Positions 28,001 through 37,156 of a stretch of 64,000 bases of DNA are shown one piece after another. The position numbers and the translations under genes were made by a program. This DNA comes from Narcine bancroftii (taxonomy: Eukaryota), in the NCBI RefSeq assembly GCF_036971445.1, contig NC_091479.1:5642001-5706000 (forward strand), read 5' to 3'. How positions within the stretch are numbered: the first letter of the stretch is position 1; each line of letters begins with the position of its first letter. The notes beneath the pieces were generated by a model that had not been told where the DNA came from, ran no database searches, and was given only the letters and a program-made list of their open reading frames with translations.

Positions 28001-31000
28001 AAAAAAAACAGGTGGATTTTTCCACCACTTGGTAGTTCTTTGCTCTTTAATTCTAGAATTTTCTGCCATGAATTTGTATTTGTTGTGTACTCAATAACGA
28101 GCTATGGATAATAGTTGCCTGTAACTTATTTTCAGTTTGATATTTGGCCATCGCCCTCGATCTTGGCGAGAATTACCTCTTCGCTTTGCTGACTTTGGTA
28201 TCCTTCACCATAATGAGTTGTCAGGAGCATTGACTGGATTGACTAGAATGCGGCGATTTGAGCAGGATGGAAGCCACATCTTCTGCATGATGGAGCAGGT
28301 GGGTAACGAGGTCTCCCTGGGCTCGCAGCTCAGCTGGTTCTCCTGTTGCTGGTAGCTCCTTAAAAGGTGAATAAAAATTACACGTTCCTTGCACTAGTTG
28401 TAATTTATCCCTAAAGGTTCCAACTCTCTCTGGGGTAAATTCCCTGTCGATATAGACTCTCCCCAGGATACAGTCCTTCTTGGGCATAGCTCCCGAAGGT
28501 GCTGATACTAGGATTCGATGATACTGCATAGGATTGATGGGCTCATTGTTTGGGCGCAGTTTCATGGCCCCGAGAAATGCTTGCTAAGCTAATGGGCCTT
28601 AATTCTGGAAAAGAATTTGTGCATCGTTGCATCCATCCTGATTCTGTGCCTTTTGCTGGATGATGATCAGATGCGAGACTTCTGGGCTTACTTAGCTAAG
28701 GGTGCCATCACAATTTAGCTCACTTAACTAAGCAGAATTTTGTCTAAAAGATGAACTTCTTTCTCAATGTATCTTTGTTGTTTAGGACAGAATCATCAGT
28801 TTTAGACACAAAATTTGTACCCGTTAATGCTCGCGCATCTGAAGCATTTGCTCTTCTGCCAGATTCAGGAGGAAATAAAGAGTTGCCTTGACTTCCTGCG
28901 CTCGGTGTACATGGTCCTTGGCTTCACTTTCCAACTGAAACTCTCTGTGCGGCCAGAGATATTTCTAGGAGACGAGAACACATGGAATCAAGCAGAAGAG
29001 GCAAGTGATTACTGGACAGGTCAATTTGGCAGCAATCTGACTTAGCATTGACTGAGTGGGTGCACGCACTTGTTCTTTCTTGTCATGAAGAGAGCAGCAT
29101 GGTTAAAGCTTGTTGGAAAACTCCCAAATCTCATGGTGGAAAGGAAGATCTCTGATTGTATTAAATTTTACAACATCTTGGATTTTTTTGAATTTAGACA
29201 TGCAGCACGGTTTCAGGCCCTTCTAGTCCATGAACCCGTTCAGCTCATATACTCCAATTAATCCTCACCTCCTGTACATTTTGAAAGTGAGGATGAAACC
29301 AGAGCAAACCCACAAAGACCAGGGGAGAACGTAGAATCTCATTACAGGCAGTACCGGATTCAAACCCGGCTCAATGCCACTGTGCTAACCGTGCCGCCCA
29401 TTTCTAGTGATGGCGCAGAGGAATTTTATTCTCTGGGCTTGTTGGATGGGTCTGTGCAAAGGGAGCTTTATATTGTCTCTACCCTGCACTGTACCTGCCC
29501 TGGGAGCATTTGACCTACCCAACATAATAGAGAGATTTCTCCAGAATCAAGCAACACTCTGGCACTGTGGGTGAGTTTGATTCCCATACAGTTTGCAGCA
29601 GGCAGCCATGGGGACTTGAGTGATCATGAAAATGTTCAATCCAGTTTCAAGATGTAAAAACGAAGCAATCAACAGCAGATGGAGCTGAGTTTCCTTGTTG
29701 TGTTGTGTTTTAGAAATTGAAGTGCAGTTTGAATGCGTTTGGTGAGCCTTGGAGACTGAGTTCAGGAGAAGGAGCTTTCTACGGGCCGAAGGTTAGTGTG
29801 GGGACCATCTCTGTTTGAGAGCCTACAGTGAGTCTAAGCATCCTAGAAGCTTTCATGTTCTCTAATTGACTGCAGATTGATGTTGATGTAAAAGATGTTC
29901 TGGGCAGATGTCATCAGTGTGCTGCCATCCAGTTGGACTTCCAGCTTCCAATTCGGTTTAATTTGACCTATGTTGGGTGAGTTCAGTGACTTCTTGGAAT
30001 TTTGTGGAAATATTACATCTGGGAAATAATTTTTGCTTCTCCCCCTTTCTGTGTTTGTGGGTGATGGACAGAAATGTGCAAAGGTGAGTCGATGAGAAAA
30101 TACATCACTAGGCAGATTGAGGACTGTGTGGATGGTCTTTGTATTTTTTGTGATTGACCTCAAGGATGTGGATGAGGGAGGAAGGGTGTCCTGCAGGACA
30201 CAGCATGCATTGGGATTAACTTGGTTTGACAGTATGCCATGATTAAATGACACCTGGGGATTGAAAGACCCACTCACAAGTAAATCCAGGAATGGAGTGG
30301 GATGGTGAATGCTTGGTTTTGTGTGTTACTGATTCATCTTTCTTCTTGCAGCAAGGATGGAACAGACGAGAACCACCCAGTTATCATCCATTTCACTGTG
30401 TTGGGGTCCCTGGAGCACATGTTGGCTATCCTTGCTGAGAACTGTGCTGGGAAATGGTAATGTTTCACTGCAAACGCTGCAAAGAAAGTATCTCCAGACA
30501 ATGCCTTGGGCCATCCTGACTTTGCATTACCAGCTTAGTTTGAACTTTTGGGAATTCTGTCCCAAATACTGTGTGTGGCATTGCAGTGTCTGAAGCCTTG
30601 TTGTCCTCGAAAAATTCCGCTTTGTATTTGGCCTGTTACCTGCTCCAGTTTGGCACACCAGATCCAAACATGGCAATACAAATATGAAAAGACCATGTGC
30701 TGCGTATTTGTGAAAAGTCTATTTTAATTGAACTTTAATCATTATTCAGACATACAGCACAGTAACAGGCCCTTCTAGTCCACAAGCCAATGCCACCCAA
30801 ATACCCCAATTAACCTACGACTCCAGTATGTTTTGAAGGGTGGGAGGAAACCAGAACACCCAGAGGAAACCCATTGCAGACATGGGGAGAATTTACAAAC
30901 TCTTCACAGACAGAGCTGGATTCAGTGCCAGGTTGCTGGTACTGGTATAGTGTTACACTAATTTGACATTTAAAAAAAAAAATCTGAACATGGCAATGCT

Positions 31001-32304
31001 GTTGGGAGAAAGAAGAGAGTATATATCGATAACAGGTCAGAGCAGTTATTAGAAGATATCAAATTGCAATATCTGGGCAGTCAGGATTAGACCAAAGTTT
31101 ATCCTGTGTCTGCCTCTCTGTGATCGTCCTACTAAACCCAGCTGACCCTTGTCTGAATTGTCTTTCCACGTCTCACCCTCCCTCCTAACCAAGGGCCGAA
31201 TGGTAGTTGTACAACAGCAACTGAATGATTGATAGATGTTGATTTCAGAAGCAGGCTGAAGAAAATGACCTGTATGGTCTGTGACTATACTCCTTTGGTT
31301 GAGGTGTATCATCAGTTTACAAAAGCTCTCCCTGTTGTGCCCTGCTTCTCCTCACCGACTGAAGTTCTGGTAGAGTGAGGGAAGGAGACAGCTGCTATCT
31401 CGATGTGTATATGCTAACTTAAGGTTTTAGATATTACCATGTACATGCGGGAAATAAAGGGATAGGGGTGGAGCACAAGCAACATACAGGGCTTTAAATT
31501 AATCTGAGGATTGTGTTCAGTGCAGGTATTGTGGGCTTGTTCCTGTACTCTACTGTTCTACATACACATGACAACAGGTTCCTAAAACTTGTCAAAAATT
31601 ACAGGAGGTACCTGTAGGAGCACGTGTATGAAATGGAAAGTCGGCGTTGTGATTGAAATTATGGTTTTAACTGTTTGTGCTTTTTTAACTCTAGGCCATT
31701 CTGGCTCTCTCCACGGCAGATTATGCTGGTCCCCACTGGGCCAGGCAGTGAAGAGTACAGCCAGAGGGTGAGCAGAGGCTGTCACTTCCCCTAGTGTCTA
31801 CCCCTGCACGAGCAACCATCTTCTGACATCTGTTTCTTAATAGGTTTGTCGAGAACTGGTTGAGGCTGGTTTCGCGGCTGATGTGGACCTGGATGGTTAC
31901 TCTTTGCTCAATCAGAAGATTTGGAAAGCTCAAGTTGCTCAGTATAATTTTATCCTTGGTAAATCAAATCACACTCTGGCACTCTGCTCTGTGACTTTCA
32001 TTTTGACTTTTTCTCTCTATTCTCGCTCTGGCAGGTGACCCTTTGTTTTGCAAATGTTGGTATTTATGCACAGTTTTAGGTTTGCTGAAGTTTTTGTTCC
32101 ACTGCCAGCAAGTTGTCCTGGGGATGTAATTTTTTTTTCTTTGTACTTTTTCCTGCAGTGGTAGGAGACGAGGAGAAAGAGAGACACACAGTGAAGGTCC
32201 ATACAAGAAATAACAAAGTTCTTGGCGAGTATTCCTTGGCTGCGGTGCTCGAGAAACTGAGGAGACTTCAGCAGCAGAGAGCTCCGAGTGCTGAGAAGTT
32301 CTAG
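10004..32304 (+). CDS. TARS3: Threonyl-tRNA synthetase 3 (TARS3/TARSL2), 18 coding exons, about 755 aa, key catalytic residues substituted
   Basis: Exons read manually with consistent phases: 10004-10243 ([36 protein letters not shown], the TARS3-type leucine zipper), 16051-16241, 19450-19573 ([18 protein letters not shown] domain), 20046-20167 ([15 protein letters not shown]), 21320-21437, 21942-22003, 22537-22615 ([13 protein letters not shown]), 22726-22872, 24508-24606, 25768-25934 (LKPMNCPSH), 28136-28298, 28863-29000 (GC donor), 29714-29791 (GAFYGPK), 29876-29976, 30352-30456, 31695-31767, 31844-31958, 32159-32304 (TAG). The total is 2268 nt with no internal stop. The gene lies upstream of TM2D3 on the same strand, as human TARS3 does. 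A small phase-0 exon 2 may have been missed. Confidence 0.95.
10255..12040 (+). repeat. C-rich minisatellite in TARS3 intron 1 (28-bp unit grading into a 22-bp unit)
   Basis: Units AAACCCGGACCCCCACCCCCACCCCCCG, then ACCCCCCAAAACCCGGACACCC. The array starts about 11 nt after the exon 1 donor. Confidence 0.95.
14755..14995 (-). mobile_element. tRNA-derived SINE; further copies near 1375-1606, 8570-8748, 18910-19083, 29190-29399, 30745-30961, 39570-39798 and 61395-61640
   Basis: Minus-strand head GCACGGTTGGTGCAGTAGTTAGTT..GAGTTTGAATCCC (A and B boxes), shared body CATGGGGAGAACGTACAAACTCCTTA and tail TTACTGTGCTGTATGTCTAA. Confidence 0.85.
16300..17770 (-). mobile_element. Degenerate CR1 LINE
   Basis: Fragmented RT remnants (..CATGAATTTAAGAAACACCTTTGACAAG.., GAGTACTGAGTACAGTTTTGGTCACC). 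Confidence 0.75.
17910..18845 (+). mobile_element. CR1 LINE 3' part, well preserved
   Basis: [54 protein letters not shown], then the 3'UTR ending CCTGTTCCTACTTCCTATGTT. Confidence 0.95.
19693..19797 (+). mobile_element. Very short RTE 3' end
   Basis: GTCCCGCATCGGACTTGTCAGCC..CCAAAGAAGAAAGAAG, matching the other copies. Confidence 0.88.
20543..21206. mobile_element. Tc1/mariner-pogo (Tigger-like) non-autonomous element
   Basis: Terminal inverted repeats CAGTAAAACCCCCTGTATCTGGAA and TTCCAGATAACAGGGATTTTACTG, flanked by TA. Related pieces at about 40832-41055 and 43660-44060. Confidence 0.8.
25318..25523. mobile_element. Tigger-like MITE
   Basis: Terminal inverted repeats AGGTATACCCTGCTTTACGAA and TTCGTAAAGCAGGGTATACCT. 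Confidence 0.8.
26300..26850 (+). mobile_element. Degenerate CR1 3' fragment
   Basis: [14 protein letters not shown] remnants. Confidence 0.7.
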
Positions 32305-32779
32305 ATTCCAACCTTGATGGATCCAAAAAAGTACTCGTGATAGCTCCAGGGGACAGTTTGGAAATGTTAAAATACATAGCAAATTGGATTTGGTTTTTAT
32401 ATATATATGGAAAAATACAAAAGCTGCAGATCCTGGAATCTTTATTGACAGAATTACTAAAGGAATGTGGACTGACATTTCTATCCATCTGCTGAGTTCC
32501 TTTAGCAATTGTCAATCTTCATAATCTTCATACTGAAATTGAAGCTTATGGGGAACTGATACAGAAGAGGAACCAAGTAGCCTTTTACTATTTTCTTCTG
32601 TGAAGCTTGTACAAATTAGTCTGTTCAGTGAGGAGTTAAAAGTTAGTGGGAGGTTTACAAGGAGGAAGTAACACTTTTATCTTAAAAAAAAAAGTGAGAA
32701 TCTTTGGTTTATTGTAGCTGATTCTGTGCATTCTGCTTGTAACTGACTGGTGTAACATCTCTGCCAATTCATCCTAATG

Positions 32780-33610
32780 TGATTAATCCCATCTGGATAC
32801 ACACGGTTCATGCTCTACCATCCTTTGTTCATGTATCTGTCTAAATTCCTCTCAAATGTTGCTATTGTATCTGCTTCTAAACATCTCCCTGATGCGTGTT
32901 CCAAATACCTACTGCTATTTTTTTTAAAAAAAACAATTTGGCTCTCCAATCTCCTTTTAGCTTTCCCTTCTTTCTTTCAACCAATATCCTTTTGGATTTG
33001 TTAATCCCACTCCGAGGGGAAAAAAGATCATCCACTCTATCAATACCTCTTGGAATTATATCAGGTTGACCCTGAACCTGCCATGCTCCAGAGAAGACGA
33101 TCCACATTTGCCCATCCCTTTCTTGTAGCTAGTACTTTCCAATCCAGGCAATGTTCTGGCAAACCTCTTCTGCATTCTCTCAAAGCTTCCATATCCTCTT
33201 TGTAGCAGGGTAACCACAACTGCACATATTGCTCCCAATGCGGCTGAACTGAAGGTTTCTATAATTGCAACATACCTTTGGCTTTCGTACCCTATGTTCC
33301 AACCAAAGAAGGCATTTGCTGTGAGACTTCGATACCATCCTATGTTGCTGCTCTTTGGGAACAAAGGATTTGTATCACAAGATCCCTCTGTACATCAATG
33401 CTTCTCTTCACAGTGTTATTTTCACTTGTAATTGATCTCCTAGAAATGCATTGGTTCACATGATGACTTGTTCAGATTAAATGCTGTCTGTCATTTCTCT
33501 GCCCAAATCTGCAGTTGATTTTCACAACCATTCTCAATATCCAGATATTCACTCATTTTCATGTTGTCCGCACACTTGGTAATTAGACCAACTTCATTTT
33601 TATCTAAATA
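32780..33610 (-). mobile_element. Degenerate CR1 LINE
   Basis: ERMQKRFARTLPGLE remnants. Confidence 0.75.
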
Positions 33611-33617
33611 ATTTATA

Positions 33618-33950
33618 AAGTACAACTCCGGTTATCCGAAATGGTCAGGACCAGGCCTATGTTGTAAAAACACTTTTTTTTTGAGAACTGGTCATTTTTT
33701 TTAAAAAACAGCTCAGAAAACAACACCAACAATGGAAGGCTTAAGCATAAAAATGTTTAATTCTCACCAAAAAAAAAGGTTGGCCGCCGCCAAACACCGA
33801 CACCTCCCCACCGAAGCCCCGCTCCTGCAGGGAGCCTGAGGTCCCCACTGCTGCCAGCAGCCAGAGGTCTGCAGTCAGTTCGGCTCCGAAAGAATTTTTG
33901 ATAAATGAGGATTTCAGAGAATCCAATTTCAGATGATTGGAGTTGTACTG
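33618..33950. mobile_element. Tigger-like MITE
   Basis: Terminal inverted repeats AGTACAACTCC and GGAGTTGTACT with TA flanks. Confidence 0.7.
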
Positions 33951-34061
33951 TATTATAAAGAGAACAACACATCCTCATTTTAGAGTTTTAATCTTAACTG
34001 CATAGAGACATTAAATCCAAACTGCTTGAAAAATTCAGTCGATCTGAAAATTTCTCAGACA

Positions 34062-34289
34062 TTAAAAGGTTAAAGGTTCCATTATTGTCACGTAATACTA
34101 ATTAGAATGTAACATACATGAAATTCTTTAACTTTTGTCTACTTTAAAACAGATAGTCTGTCCAGTACCCCTCACAGAAACCCACAGCACCCAGTGTTCC
34201 TGGGCGGTCTCCCCTCCAAGTACTGAACAGGCCTGAACCTGCTCAGCTTCCGAAATCAGACAATCTCAGGTGTCTTCAGGCTATTAGAC
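34062..34289 (-). mobile_element. 5S rRNA-derived SINE (SINE3-like): diverged 5S head plus a LINE-like 3' tail
   Basis: 34177-34289 is the reverse complement of a diverged 5S rRNA (CACAGCACCCAGTGTTCCTGGGCGGTCTCCCCTCCAAGTACT..CCTGCTCAGCTTCCGAAATCAGAC). On the minus strand it is followed by a tail ending GTGACAATAATGGAACCTTTAACCTTT. Confidence 0.8.
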
Positions 34290-35973
34290 TGAATTAGTGT
34301 GATAAAAGTTGCTGGAAACTCTCAGTTGGTCAGGTAATATCTGTGGAAAGATTTCAGATCTGATTCTGTTGCATCAAACAATTTGCTGGAGGAACTCAGC
34401 GAGTCGCGCAACACCAGTGGGAGAAAAGGAATGGTTAAGAGAGTGCAGAGGGGAGATAGCCAGTTGAAAAGGCTAGTGAGGATTGGAAAACGAGAGAGGT
34501 GAAGGATGATAGAAGCGCGTTGCCAGCCAATGCTCCTGCCTCTCTCTGTGCCAGGCTGAATTCTTGAAAAACACAAAACTTGCAGAAGTTGGAATCTTAA
34601 ACTGTGAGGTGCTCAAGGAACCTCCATGGTCTGGACCTTTATGGAGATTAAAATGAAAAGAGGGTGATGTTACAGATGCGAGTGGGGAAAGGCTGAAGTG
34701 AGAGGATACGCACAGAAGATGTGAACAGTGGGGAAACTGAAGACCACTAGGAAGGTGGGAGGGGGAACAACATTTGCCCTCAATGTTATGCTGACCTCTA
34801 GCAACCTACTCCATAATCAAAGCCTTCCCTATCTCACACACCTAACCCTCTATTTGATGTAGTGACCACTACCTTTTGGGTGGCTTTGCACTCCGAGGTA
34901 TTGTGTTCCCACATCAGGCTGTAACGCAGCTGATAGAGCACTTTCCACCACACATCTGTGGAAGGTTTCCAAGGTCATACTGAACCTCTGCAAACTCCCG
35001 AGGAAGTGGAGGCGCTAATGTGCTTTCTTCACAGTGACATTAATATGATGGTTCCAGGTCAAGTCCTCCGAGATAGTGACCCTTTGCAGGAATTTAAAGT
35101 TGCTCACCCTCCCCACCTCGGATCCCCCAATGATCACTGGGTTGAGAACAGGTGTAGAAGCTGATCCCAGCACTTCCACCCTGGTGGTCACCAGAATAAT
35201 CTTCTGGTTCAGACAGAGATCCAAAATGAAGTACCCAACATGGCCTTAATTTTGATGACCACCTTTGTATGTGGCTGCATCAGGCTGTATGTGGAACCAC
35301 AGGGCAGGGGCACCAAGTGCCACGACACGCTTTGGTTCTACCTGTCCCAGTTGGTGTGAATGATAGGCCTGGCCCTGTTGCTGTGCAATGTTAGTCAGCT
35401 GGAGTTTACCACCTGACCTATCCTTTGTGGAAAGGTATTTCCAAACAATCACATTTGACCAAGTCAACTGGGCAGGGGTGAGTGCACCATGTCTTACAGT
35501 CACTGAGAGTTGGATACTGATGATTCCCTGAGTTGACTATTGTTTGTCAATAAGCACCAGGACTTGGCCTGATTGATGGTAAGAGGAGCCCTCCCAGTCA
35601 GATCCTTTCTGTACAACCAGCACTTCACCTACACTTCTCTCCGTGATGACTGCAGTGGAGAGGAGTCAAACGGGCTGTTCCCAGAGTCGCATGCAGAAAC
35701 ACAGACAGAACTTTCCAGCGCACGGAGATGTCGGTGTGGGAATGTCACTGACTTGTAGATTCCAGGCTGCAAGAGTATGTGCTGAGGGATGCACTGAGGC
35801 TTGGTGTAGCCAATGGGAGGATGGTGTGGGGAAGGAATAGAGCCTTCCGTGACTGGAACATTGAGGGGCTGAGACCAAGAGGAAGTCCCTCAAAAATCAG
35901 GGAATAATTACAAGGTGCCACAATGGAGAACAAATGTAACCATGCACATTGATAGAAATGTATGGATGTGAAA

Positions 35974-36966
35974 GGGTGGGGCGGGCGACCCCAGGGTGGG
36001 GGGTGTGAGGGCGGGCGACCCCGGGGTGGGGGGTGTGAGGGCGGGCGACCCCGGGGTGGGGGGTGTGAGGGCGGGCGACCCCGGGGTGGGGGGTGTGAGG
36101 GCGGGCGACCCCAGGGTGGGGGGTGAGGGCGGGCGACCCCAGGGTGGGGGGTGAGGGCGGGCGACCCCAGGGTGGGTGGGGGGGGTGAGGGGGCGACCCC
36201 TGGGTGGGGGGTGACCCCTGGGTGGGGGGTGAGGGTGTGGGTGGGCGACCCCTGGGTGGGCGGGCGACCCCTGGGTGGGCGGGCGACCCCTGGGTGGGCG
36301 GGCGACCCCTGGGTGGGCGGGCGACCCCTGGGTGGGCGGGCGACCCCTGGGTGGGCGGGCGACCCCTGGGTGGGCGGGCGACCCCTGGGTGGGCGGGCGA
36401 CCCCTGGGTGGGCGGGCGACCCCTGGGTGGGCGGGCGACCCCTGGGTGGGCGGGCGACCCCTGGGTGGGCGGGCGACCCCTGGGTGGGCGGGGCGACCCC
36501 TGGGTGGGCGGGCGACCCCTGGGTGGGCGGGCGACCCCTGGGTGGGCGGGGAGGAGACCCTGGGCGGGCGGGCGACCCCTGGGTGGGTGGGGAGGAGACC
36601 CTGGGATGGGGGGCGACCCCTGGGTGGGTGGGTGGGTGGTGGGACCCTGGGGTGGGGGGGGGGTGAGGGGTGTGGGTGGGCGACCCCTGGGTAGGCGGGT
36701 GACCCCAGGGTGGTTGGGGAGGAGACCCTGGGGTGGGGGGCGACCCCAGGATGGGTGGGTGGGTGGGCGACCCCTGGGTAGGCGGGTGACACCAGGGTGG
36801 GTGGGTGGGTGGGCGACCCCTGGGTAGGCGGGCGACCCCAGGGTGGGCGACCCCTGGGTGGGTGGGGAGGAGACCCTGGGGTGGGGGGCGACCCCAGGAT
36901 GGGTGGGTGGGCGGGCGGGGGGACCCCGGGGTGGGGGGGGGGGTGAGGGTGTGGGCGGGCGACCCC
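35974..36966 (+). repeat. G-rich 19-bp minisatellite (GGGTGGGCGGGCGACCCCT) upstream of TM2D3
   Basis: Directly visible tandem units, each containing GGGCGG (GC box). Confidence 0.95.
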
Positions 36967-37029
36967 GTGAACGTCCAGGCCGGCTCCAGACGTGGAACTT
37001 GGAGCGCGAATCTCCTCACAGAGCAGCTG

Positions 37030-37156
37030 TTGCACGCGACGCCCAGCGCCGCGCCCCGATTGGCTTCATCCACGCGGAGCTGTGATTGGTCGTTTGCCTT
37101 GCGCGCTTGTTGATTGGTCAGTGGCTGTCGGCTCTCATTGGCTGAGGGTGGGAGCG
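37030..37156 (+). promoter_or_regulatory. TM2D3 CpG-island promoter with four reverse CCAAT boxes
   Basis: ATTGG at 37059, 37085, 37113 and 37137 in CpG-rich sequence just before the ATG at 37157. Confidence 0.7.

Noticed and set aside
10004-32304. Calling this gene TARS1, TARS2 or a conventional pseudogene
   Set aside because: The leucine-zipper exon 1 and the TM2D3 adjacency indicate TARS3, and no frameshift, premature stop or broken splice site was found.
34177-34289. Functional 5S rRNA gene
   Set aside because: It has many substitutions, a damaged 5' end, a single copy and an attached LINE-like tail.
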